Shown in pieces: positions 9,554-17,109 of a DNA stretch of 64,000 bases (positions within the stretch are counted from its first letter, which is position 1; each line of letters begins with the position of its first letter). The translations under genes were made by a program, and so were the position numbers. This DNA is from Candidatus Aenigmatarchaeota archaeon. GTDB taxonomy: Archaea; Aenigmatarchaeota; Aenigmatarchaeia; CG10238-14; SCSR01. Location: assembly GCA_038998585.1 (NCBI GenBank), contig JAVZGQ010000001.1, positions 75,737-139,736 of the forward strand, read 5' to 3'. Below the pieces are notes generated by a model. It was given only the letters and a program-made list of their open reading frames with translations, had not been told where the DNA came from and searched no databases.

Positions 9554-12043
9554 CTAAGTCCCTTTAGGCAACTCAATTCCTAAGATCTTTGTTTCTCCCT
9601 GATCCATCGTACAGCCATAAACCCTATCTCCATAGGTTATTGTGGTATCATTGTGTGTGATGACGATGAATTGAGCTTCTTTTGAAAGCATTTTAATCAA
9701 TTCAGCAATTTTCTTACTGTTTTCCTTGTCCAAAGCAGCGTCAACTTCGTCCAACACATAAAAAGGGGCTGGTCTGTACTCTTGGACAGCAAAAAGGAAG
9801 GCCAAAGCTGTCAAACTTTTTTCTCCACCAGACATGGCGTCTATATTCAAAAGCATCTTTCCACCAGGGTTTGCTTGAATTATCAATCCACTTTCAAGAT
9901 TATTTGGGTCTTCAAGCTCTACGCTTGCATTCCCACCAGTCATTCTGTTAAACATTTCATTAAACTTATTGCTCACTTCTTGCAAAGTCTTGAAGAACAC
10001 TTCCCTTCTCTTTTGTTCTATTTGGTCAATCATCTCAAGTACGGCCTTCTTTTCGGCCAATATTTTTTCATATTTTTGTTTGTATTCGTCGAACTCACTC
10101 TTAAACTTTTCATATTGTTCTATAGCTTTGAAGTTAACAGCACCTAAGCTTACAAGCTCATTTTGAGCTTGTCTTATTGAAATTTCCAAACTTCTGATAC
10201 TCTTCTCTATTGGTTTCACTTCACCATACTGTTGAGCTTCAACTTTTACAGTTTCCAGCTCAGCCTCTATCCTTGCTTTTTGAACAGAAAGTTTGTTCAG
10301 TTCAGTTTGGACTGCTAGCCTTTGTTCATAAGCTATCTTCCTTTTTTGTCTCAATGAGTCTAGCTCTTGCTCAGTATCAATTTTTATCTTCTCCAAATCA
10401 ATAAGCTCTTTGGTTTCCTCAGATTTTGAGAGCTCTTTCAACTTTTCTTCACACTCTCTAGTCTCCTTTTCAAAATTCTGAATCTCTTCTTTCAATTTTT
10501 CTTTCATCTTTTGATATTCTTCTATCTCAGCTTCTGTAGGTAAAATTTTTGCTGCCCTGAAATAGTAGCCCCCTATCATTGCTCCACTCCTCTCAGCCAA
10601 ATCTCCATCCAGGCTCACCATCCTGGCTCTCCCAATCCCAACTCTTCTCATTGATTCTAGATTATCAACTACAAGCGTGTTACCAAAAACAAACTCAATA
10701 GCAGGAGAAAATCTCTTATCAAACTCTATAAGATTGCTAGCAATTCCCAAAACACCCTTTTCTTTTAACAATTCCTTTTCTCCAAATTCTGCCGGCTTGA
10801 TTTTATTCAAAGGCAAGAAAGCAGCTCTACCAATTTTCTCCCTTTTCAAGAATTCTATACAATTTTTTGCTGTTTCATCAGAATCAACAACCAAATCATT
10901 TAAGTGAGGACCAGCAGCAACTTCTATAGAGTTTTGATATTTTTCTGAAATTTTTATCAAGCTAGAGACAGTGCCAAAAACTCCCTTCATCTTTAAATCA
11001 AGAATTGCCCTAACGGCTTTTGGTAAGACCTGATCACCTCTAGCTTCAATTTCTTTCAATCTTTGAATTAAAGAGTCAATTCTTTCAATCTCTTTTCTGT
11101 TTGACTCAATTTTATCTTTATTTATCAATATTTTCGTCCGCAAGTAAGAGATTTCCCTCTCAACCTCAACTTTCTTTGTTATTTGCACGAGCTTAGCAGC
11201 CACTTCCCTTATACTCTTTTCTCTTTTCTCAAGTTCTGTCTCTATACTTTCAATTTCCCTTTGAAGCAACTCATTTTCTTTCTCCTTTTTTCCAATTTCA
11301 ATTCCCAGTTCTTCCAATATTTTACCAAACTCTTGAATTTTCCTGTGAGCAAGTGAAGCTTTTAATAACTGTAGCTGGGCTTGAAGCTCTTGATACCTTA
11401 AAGCAGCATTCCTCTCCTCTTCCAGTCTTTTGAAAATGTCATATCTTTCAGTTATCACAATTTCGGCCTCTTTTAGCTTGGCATCAACTTCTGCTAAATC
11501 TTTCATAGCTTTTTCCTTCTTTTCATTATATTCGGCTATACCAGATATTTCATCAATTATTGACCTTCTTTCTATTGGGTTCATTTCTATCACATTTGTC
11601 ACATCACCTTGAAGCACTATATTGTGCCCATCTGGATAAATTCTTGCTGCGGCCAAAACTTCTAGGATTTTCTCTCTTGTCGTGTTCTTACCGTTAAGTT
11701 TATAGATTGAGACCCCTTTTCTGTTCACCTTTCTTGTTACAGAGATTTCTTTATCTTCAAATGGAAAGACTTTATCACCATTGTCAAAATAAAGTGTGAC
11801 AGAAGCAATTTCAGCTGGAGACTTTCCGTTGCCACCATGAAAGATGAGTTCGTGAAGTTTACCAGCTCTTAGAGATTTTACAGAAGTACTACCAAGAGCA
11901 AAGGCGATTGCATCAAGTAGGTTGCTTTTACCTGAACCATTGGGTCCACAAATTATTATGAGGCCTGGTAGAAAAGGTATTGCTATTTTTTTGTTGAAAC
12001 TTTTGAACCCCTGCAAAACAATCCTTGTGATATAAGTCTTCAT
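9554..12043 (-). CDS. smc: SMC chromosome-partition ATPase, unusually short (829 aa)
   Basis: Walker A is GPNGSGKSN. The hinge reads GVFGTVSSLIKISEKYQNSIEVAAG...GRAAFLPLN. The signature motif is LSGGEKSLTALAFLFA and Walker B is FYVLDEVDAALD. Confidence 0.85.
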   Translation of the reverse strand: MKTYITRIVLQGFKSFNKKIAIPFLPGLIIICGPNGSGKSNLLDAIAFALGSTSVKSLRAGKLHELIFHGGNGKSPAEIASVTLYFDNGDKVFPFEDKEISVTRKVNRKGVSIYKLNGKNTTREKILEVLAAARIYPDGHNIVLQGDVTNVIEMNPIERRSIIDEISGIAEYNEKKEKAMKDLAEVDAKLKEAEIVITERYDIFKRLEEERNAALRYQELQAQLQLLKASLAHRKIQEFGKILEELGIEIGKKEKENELLQREIESIETELEKREKSIREVAAKLVQITKKVEVEREISYLRTKILINKDKIESNRKEIERIDSLIQRLKEIEARGDQVLPKAVRAILDLKMKGVFGTVSSLIKISEKYQNSIEVAAGPHLNDLVVDSDETAKNCIEFLKREKIGRAAFLPLNKIKPAEFGEKELLKEKGVLGIASNLIEFDKRFSPAIEFVFGNTLVVDNLESMRRVGIGRARMVSLDGDLAERSGAMIGGYYFRAAKILPTEAEIEEYQKMKEKLKEEIQNFEKETRECEEKLKELSKSEETKELIDLEKIKIDTEQELDSLRQKRKIAYEQRLAVQTELNKLSVQKARIEAELETVKVEAQQYGEVKPIEKSIRSLEISIRQAQNELVSLGAVNFKAIEQYEKFKSEFDEYKQKYEKILAEKKAVLEMIDQIEQKRREVFFKTLQEVSNKFNEMFNRMTGGNASVELEDPNNLESGLIIQANPGGKMLLNIDAMSGGEKSLTALAFLFAVQEYRPAPFYVLDEVDAALDKENSKKIAELIKMLSKEAQFIVITHNDTTITYGDRVYGCTMDQGETKILGIELPKGT

Positions 12044-12213
12044 TTCTTCTTCACCTCAATTTCATGTTTTTCTATCAAAAGTCTTAGCCCTGCTCTTACT
12101 GCTTCGGCTTTAGTTGCATAAAGTCCGCTTTCGACTAAGCTGTCAAGAATTTCTAACAAAGCGCCATCAAATTTTATTGGAATTATTTTGGCCTTGTTCT
12201 TAAAATTGCCCAT
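12040..12213 (-). CDS. Small ribbon-helix-helix (CopG/Arc-like) protein, 57 aa
   Basis: Below the ORF-track cutoff. My translation is MGNFKNKAKIIPIKFDGALLEILDSLVESGLYATKAEAVRAGLRLLIEKHEIEVKKK. That gives a beta-strand followed by two helices with the RHH pattern. Its TGA overlaps the smc ATG (ATGA). Confidence 0.55.
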   Translation of the reverse strand: MGNFKNKAKIIPIKFDGALLEILDSLVESGLYATKAEAVRAGLRLLIEKHEIEVKKK

Positions 12214-12229
12214 ATATAAATATTATATC

Positions 12230-12243
12230 TTTTTTATATATAG
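12230..12243 (-). promoter_or_regulatory. Candidate TATA box for the RHH-smc-scpA transcript
   Basis: The minus strand reads CTATATATAAAAAA about 22-30 nt upstream of the RHH ATG, which is consistent with a leaderless archaeal mRNA. Confidence 0.35.
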
Positions 12244-12307
12244 ATTAAAACCCATGACATAGAAAATCAACACTTTAACTTTGTGATTGTTAATCAAGTC
12301 TATTAAG

Positions 12308-12414
12308 TGGGCCCCGTGGGATTTGAACCCACGACCAGTCCCAGTGAGTCCATCACTACTGGTTAAGAGCTTCAACCTCTTGTCAGCTGCTCTACCATGC
12401 TGAGCTAGGGGCCC
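12308..12414 (-). tRNA. tRNA-Lys(CUU) with two short non-canonical introns (about 13 nt at 30/31 and about 20 nt at 43/44)
   Basis: Minus strand: GGGCCCC TA GCTC AGCATGGTA GAGC A GCTG[ACAAGAGGTTGAA]G CTCTTAA CCAGT[AGTGATGGACTCACTGGGAC]TGGTC GTGGG TTCAAAT CCCAC GGGGCCC A. Both inserts sit in bulge-helix-bulge-like folds. The spliced arm parallels the neighbouring tRNA-Lys(UUU). Confidence 0.75.
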
Positions 12415-12793
12415 TTTATATCAACTATGTTTAATCAACGTTAAATTTATTTAAATAAATTTATAGTTGTAAGCTATTTCTTTAAAGAAGTTGTCTATAT
12501 CTTTTTTAAAGGATAATGCATATCTCTATCAATTTTCTGAATCAGATCAATATCATTTAACAATCATCAATTATTAATACTCCTATAAGATCAGCTAATT
12601 TTTAATTCAACATTTCAATATGATAAATTATCTGATCACATATGTGAAATATTGAAAAAAAATATGAGCTACAGGATGCGAACTCGTGACTTCAGAGCAG
12701 ATTAACAATTAATCTTTTTCGAATTTTATAAATTTGAATTTGAGAGAGATAAGAATTTATTCAAAAATAAAATCATAAGAAAATAGATAAAAT

Positions 12794-13780
12794 ATGGAAA
12801 AGTTGACGATAGATCAAGCTACAAGAAAGAAGTTAATAAATGCTAATTATGGTATTTTTGGCCATTCAACAGTGCATATTTGCAACTGGACAAAAAGGGC
12901 TTTACGTGATCAAGGCAATTGTTACAAAAACAAATTCTATGGTATAGAAACCCTTCGCTGTATGGAATTCTCCCCAGCCGGAGTGTTTTGCCACAATCGT
13001 TGCATTTATTGCTGGCGCCCAACTGAATTCTATAGACTTTTTGAGATGGAGAGAGAAAAAGTAGATGAGCCCGAGCAGATAATTCAAGCTTTGATGAAGG
13101 AAAGGAAAAAGCTCTTGACAGGTTTTGGAAGCAATAAGAAGGTAAAAAAGGATAAGCTAAAAGAGGCTTACGAGCCGACACATTTTGCGATCTCCCTGAG
13201 TGGTGAGGCCACAATGTATCCGAAATTACCTGAGATGATAAAATATCTCAAATCTTTGCCTCAAACAAAATCAATTTTTTTGGTTACAAACGGTCAAGAG
13301 CCAAAAATGCTTGAAAGATTGGAGAGGGAAGAAGTTTTGCCTACTCAAATTTACTTGAGTATGAATGCCGGGAATAAAAAAACTTTTTTGAAAATTAATT
13401 GTCCTTTGTTGAAGGACGCTTGGGAAAGGTTCAGTCAAAGCTTAAAATTCCTTAATAATACCAAAGCTAGGAGTGTGATAAGAATAACCTTGATAAAAGG
13501 AATAAATGATTCTGAGAAAGAAATTTCAGATTTTGCTAGTCTTGTTAGGGAAGCAAATCCAAACTTTGTTGAAGTCAAATCCTACATGCACGTTGGGAGT
13601 TCAATAGCAAGGCTTTCGGCCTCCCATATGCTTGAGCAAGAGGAAATAAAATCTTGGAGCGAAAAGTTGCTTAAATTTTTACCTGAATTCGAGTACATGG
13701 ACGAGCAAGAAGAATCAAGGATTGTGGTAATACAAAACAAAAAAAGATTTGTTGATAGGTGGATAATTGAAAAAAAATAG
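12794..13780 (+). CDS. taw1: tRNA 4-demethylwyosine synthase Taw1/TYW1 (radical SAM)
   Basis: HSTVHICNWTKRAL...CYKNKFYGI...CHNRCIYCWRP gives the radical-SAM CxxxCxxC plus the upstream Cys cluster typical of Taw1. Confidence 0.75.
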   Translation: MEKLTIDQATRKKLINANYGIFGHSTVHICNWTKRALRDQGNCYKNKFYGIETLRCMEFSPAGVFCHNRCIYCWRPTEFYRLFEMEREKVDEPEQIIQALMKERKKLLTGFGSNKKVKKDKLKEAYEPTHFAISLSGEATMYPKLPEMIKYLKSLPQTKSIFLVTNGQEPKMLERLEREEVLPTQIYLSMNAGNKKTFLKINCPLLKDAWERFSQSLKFLNNTKARSVIRITLIKGINDSEKEISDFASLVREANPNFVEVKSYMHVGSSIARLSASHMLEQEEIKSWSEKLLKFLPEFEYMDEQEESRIVVIQNKKRFVDRWIIEKK

Positions 13781-13822
13781 ACTCAAATAAAAAAATGTTT
13801 TTAAAAGTGATATAATTCAAGT

Positions 13823-14506
13823 TTATTGATTCTGAGAACTTGATAACTTATTTTTTTCTAATTTTCTCATAACTTTTCTTAAGGTCTGATGTGTTATTCC
13901 CAAATGATAAGTTATTTCTTTCTCGAGTTTTATTTTTTTGGCCTGTGTGTATATGCATGCAGCCGCCACTACATGTGGTTTAAATCCTTTTAATGTATAT
14001 TTATTTTCTTCAAAAAACTTTAAAGCATTTTTTTCAATTTCATCTGAAAGTCCTAATTTCTTGATACCATTTCTTATATAAGTCGTGGTATCCGGAAAAT
14101 ATAACTCGCCTATTGAAGAATATATTTTTTTGTATGTTCTCACAACAGACTTTTTATTGGTTTTAAAAAATTCGGCAATATCGTCAAAAGTTATGGGCTC
14201 TCCCTTTTTTATTAAAATATTGTAAGTTATTGCTGCAAGAATATTTGGTATATGCATGCCAACTAAGTTCAGTTCTTTATTCAATAAATCGTACTCATCC
14301 AATACATTTTGTGAAATGCTACCATATTTCTCTTCTATACGGGCGTCATTTAGTATATTAAATACTTTTAGTCTTTTCTTACCTCTTTTATCATAAGAAG
14401 TTGGTAGACGCAGTCCTGTTATTTTACTAATTTTAGTAGTGGTTAAACCTATCTCATACAATCTCATTATGATGTTTTCCTCTATTTTGGAGATCTTATT
14501 TTTCAT
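13823..14506 (-). CDS. TFIIB/TFB-like protein with two cyclin-fold repeats, an N-terminal HTH-like segment and no Zn ribbon
   Basis: IPNILAAITYNILIKKGEPITFDDIAEFF...VVRTYKKI and KPHVVAAACIYTQAKK...ITYHLGITHQTLRKVMRKL match the two TFB core repeats. I trimmed the start to ATG 14506 because the longer ORF-track version reads through the tRNA gene. Confidence 0.55.
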   Translation of the reverse strand: MKNKISKIEENIIMRLYEIGLTTTKISKITGLRLPTSYDKRGKKRLKVFNILNDARIEEKYGSISQNVLDEYDLLNKELNLVGMHIPNILAAITYNILIKKGEPITFDDIAEFFKTNKKSVVRTYKKIYSSIGELYFPDTTTYIRNGIKKLGLSDEIEKNALKFFEENKYTLKGFKPHVVAAACIYTQAKKIKLEKEITYHLGITHQTLRKVMRKLEKNKLSSSQNQ

Positions 14507-14568
14507 ATAACAATTTTTTAATGAAGTATTGAAAATATTAAATTTACGTTTTATTTTAAAGTCAAAGA

Positions 14569-14679
14569 TGGGCCTACCGGGATTTGAACCCGGGACCAAC
14601 GGGTTTCTTTCATCTTTGAATCAAAGCTTTTAGCTTCAAGCTAAAAGCCCGCTGCTCTACCATGCTGAGCTATAGGCCC
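14569..14679 (-). tRNA. tRNA-Lys(UUU) with a canonical 37-nt intron at 37/38
   Basis: GGGCCTA TA GCTC AGCATGGTA GAGC A GCGGG CTTTTA[37 nt]A CCCGT TGGTC CCGGG TTCAAAT CCCGG TAGGCCC A. The central BHB helix CTTT/AAAG is flanked by 3-nt bulges. Confidence 0.9.
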
Positions 14680-14796
14680 TTAAGTAAATATCAATTTATT
14701 TTTTAAATTTTATAATATGTTTCATTCAATTTTTATAGAATAAAATAGGCCCCACAAGGTCTTTATAAATGATGTAGAAAACGATTGGGTTAAAAA

Positions 14797-14985
14797 TTAA
14801 ATCACTCTTTTTTTTCTTGTAACATTGTGTGTCTTCCAAGAATAGTTTTTAATTTTACTACTTTTACCATAACCACATGCAGCACAGACTTTCGTCTTCA
14901 CATTATAAGACACTCTTCCACATCGCCTGCATCTTATATGAGTAATTTTATGTTTTTTCCCCATTGAGGGCGTTCCTTTTGTCAT
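14797..14985 (-). CDS. rpl37e: Ribosomal protein eL37 (L37e)
   Basis: [40 protein letters not shown] shows the Zn-ribbon L37e signature. Confidence 0.9.
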   Translation of the reverse strand: MTKGTPSMGKKHKITHIRCRRCGRVSYNVKTKVCAACGYGKSSKIKNYSWKTHNVTRKKRVI

Positions 14986-15046
14986 GAAATCACTAAAAAG
15001 ATTTGTAAGCTAAAATTTAAATTTATTCTAATTTTGATCAATGTTC

Positions 15047-15271
15047 TTATACACTAACAGGAGAAGCGTAAACTATTGTATCTCCCCTCACTAATAAAGT
15101 ACCGAGTCTTACTTTTGTTTCATTTTTACTGACTTCTGCTTCATCTAGCCAGAGATTCAGGTGCAAGTCTAAAGCCCTCAATATACCTGTTATTTCTTCT
15201 CCATTCTTTAGCTTGATTATAACCTTCTTCCCCTTTGCCTTGTCCAAAGCATCTATCGGTCTTTCTGCCAT
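15047..15271 (-). CDS. Sm-like archaeal protein (SmAP/LSm)
   Basis: It has Sm1/Sm2-like motifs (VIIKLKNGEEITGILRALDLHLNLWLDEAEV...LVRGDTIVY). The gene order with L37e is the conserved one. Confidence 0.85.
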   Translation of the reverse strand: MAERPIDALDKAKGKKVIIKLKNGEEITGILRALDLHLNLWLDEAEVSKNETKVRLGTLLVRGDTIVYASPVSV

Positions 15272-15347
15272 TTTTAATCCTCTTTTTAATTATCTTAAAT
15301 TAATATAAAGCTTTAACTTTTTAAACTTATTCAATCAATTCTATTGA

Positions 15348-15797
15348 ATGGAATATTTTGGCTATGGATTAGCTTTCATTAGTAATATGGTAGCTTCATC
15401 TACCGTGATCTTTCCCATTCCTTTGTTTGCATTTTATGTTTACTTAGCAACCTTACTCAACCCTATATTATTGGCTGTTATTTCCGCATTTGGTGCAACC
15501 TTAGGAGAGTTTGTGGGGTATACTTTGGGTTACGCTGGTAGTGATTTGTTAAATAAGAATAAGTACTTTGAAATTGCTAAGAAATGGTTTAATAGGAATG
15601 GGGCTTTAACTGTTTTCTTATTTTCAGCCACACCTTTGCCAGACGATGTTGTGGGGATAATAGCTGGAGCAGCAAATTATAATAAGTCAAAATTCTTTGT
15701 AGCCTGTTTGATGGGAAAGTTTTTAATGTTCTTGACAATAGCTTTTTCTGTTCGTTATTCTTTCACGAGCTTAATTAGTTTTTTCCACTTGATGTAA
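15348..15797 (+). CDS. Small VTT/DedA-family-like membrane protein
   Basis: Multi-pass hydrophobic profile with GATLGEFVGYTLGYAG and a later PDDVVGIIAG segment, as in DedA/SNARE-associated proteins. Confidence 0.45.
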   Translation: MEYFGYGLAFISNMVASSTVIFPIPLFAFYVYLATLLNPILLAVISAFGATLGEFVGYTLGYAGSDLLNKNKYFEIAKKWFNRNGALTVFLFSATPLPDDVVGIIAGAANYNKSKFFVACLMGKFLMFLTIAFSVRYSFTSLISFFHLM

Positions 15798-15836
15798 GTT
15801 TTAAATTTATTTCGGGCAAATTATTAAAGTGATTTT

Positions 15837-16226
15837 ATGTCAATTTGGCATGGTGAAAAGGGGAGAAAAAAAACAGGAGGAAAAATAGTTTTAGCTAGAA
15901 AAAAGAAGAAGAGAGAGCTTGGCAACCTCCCGGTTTTTACTAAGATAGGAAGGGAGAAGAGAAAAAAATATAGAGCTAAAGGCGGGAGAGAAAAAATCAA
16001 AGCTTTTAGTGTGGAATTTGTTAATATCTTAGATCCCAAAACAAATGTCACTAAAAAAGTTAAAATACTAGACATCTTAGAAAATCCTGCTAACCCTCAT
16101 TTTGTGAGAAGAAAAATAATAACAAAAGGGGCAATAATTAGCACAGAATTGGGCAAAGCGAAAGTTACTTCAAGACCTAGTCAGGATGGTATAGTTAATG
16201 CTCTCTTGATCGAAGAAAAGAAATGA
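15837..16226 (+). CDS. rps8e: Ribosomal protein eS8 (S8e)
   Basis: MSIWHGEKGRKKTGGKIVLARKKKKRELG is the typical S8e N-terminus. Confidence 0.85.
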   Translation: MSIWHGEKGRKKTGGKIVLARKKKKRELGNLPVFTKIGREKRKKYRAKGGREKIKAFSVEFVNILDPKTNVTKKVKILDILENPANPHFVRRKIITKGAIISTELGKAKVTSRPSQDGIVNALLIEEKK

Positions 16227-16290
16227 ATTTTTTTAAACGACCTATATTTTTAACACAGGTCTGAAATTCAAAGAATCAAAAAATAAATCT

Positions 16291-16491
16291 TCAACTTTTC
16301 TTTGTATAAAGATTCAAGATCACTAAGGCAAAGACGAGGTAAGAAAACCCTGAGAGCAGAGAAATTACATTAAGCCTTAATTCTAAAACTTCCTTTTCTG
16401 GGAATATTGAAGAATATATACTCGACCCAATCAAAACAGTTCCTATTATTATCAAAACTAGTGATAGATGTCTTATGTACTCTAATTTCAT
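16291..16491 (-). CDS. Small two-TM membrane protein (66 aa), hypothetical
   Basis: The ORF has two hydrophobic helices. I recognise no motif. Confidence 0.3.
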   Translation of the reverse strand: MKLEYIRHLSLVLIIIGTVLIGSSIYSSIFPEKEVLELRLNVISLLSGFSYLVFALVILNLYTKKS

Positions 16492-16529
16492 AAATAATTT
16501 TTTAATTTATGAGAAAATAAAATTATCTA

Positions 16530-16832
16530 ATGGACATAAGACAAATATTGTTCCTTATAGGGCTGTTGTTTTCAAATCCCATAGTTCCAGATTGGGGTCT
16601 TCAGTTTGCGGTCTCCTTTTTAATAGGGCTTATTCTACCTGATTTTATTATTAACCCGATAGATAGAGTTGTAAGGAAAATTCCAGGTGTGGAAAAATTT
16701 GTAGAATTTTTGGGAAGGAACAAGAGAATAAGGACGATAATACCAAGGATTCTAGCAGGTTATTTTTTCACTTACTTGATTGGCTGGACTTTTCTCCTGA
16801 TAGGATGGCTTTCTTGGTTTGAGACACAATAG
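16530..16832 (+). CDS. Hypothetical membrane protein (100 aa)
   Basis: The ORF has hydrophobic segments and is divergent from the 66-aa ORF. Confidence 0.35.
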   Translation: MDIRQILFLIGLLFSNPIVPDWGLQFAVSFLIGLILPDFIINPIDRVVRKIPGVEKFVEFLGRNKRIRTIIPRILAGYFFTYLIGWTFLLIGWLSWFETQ

Positions 16833-17077
16833 ATTCTATCCAATCATTCGTGACAGTTTGTTTATTTGTTTCACTTTGAGTAATAGTTGAGAAGTCTTTA
16901 TCTTTATTAAGAGTTCGTCAGTCGTTTAATATTGATCTAGTATAAGTCTTTTACAACGCCTTATTTCTTTATAATTTTTTGGGGCATGATGTGTAACAAA
17001 CATAAGTTAGAAAATTACTTCGAAATTGATTTTGTTTGAGATTACTTAAAAGTGATAAACTTTTATTAAAAGCAAAG

Positions 17078-17087
17078 CTTTATATGG
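17078..17087 (+). promoter_or_regulatory. Candidate TATA box for the surface-protein operon
   Basis: CTTTATATGG is centred about 28 nt upstream of ATG 17110, with no SD-like sequence in between (leaderless-type spacing). Confidence 0.35.
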
Positions 17088-17109
17088 CAGAAAAAGATGA
17101 AATATTTTA

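Noticed and set aside
12660-12705. tRNA-like fragment (minus strand ...CTGAAGTCACGAGTTCGCATCCTGTAGCTCAT followed by a T run)
   Set aside because: It resembles a T-arm plus acceptor 3' strand, but the T stem has a mismatch. No anticodon stem, D-arm or 5' acceptor partner can be found. I cannot distinguish a decayed tRNA or att remnant from chance, and it does not match the 3' ends of the neighbouring tRNAs.
14507-14599. ORF-track extension of the TFB-like gene (N-terminus MVPGSNPGRPIF...)
   Set aside because: The extension reads straight through the T-arm and acceptor of tRNA-Lys(UUU), since GGTTCAAATCCCGG translates as VPGSNPG. An internal ATG at 14506 gives a sensible start.
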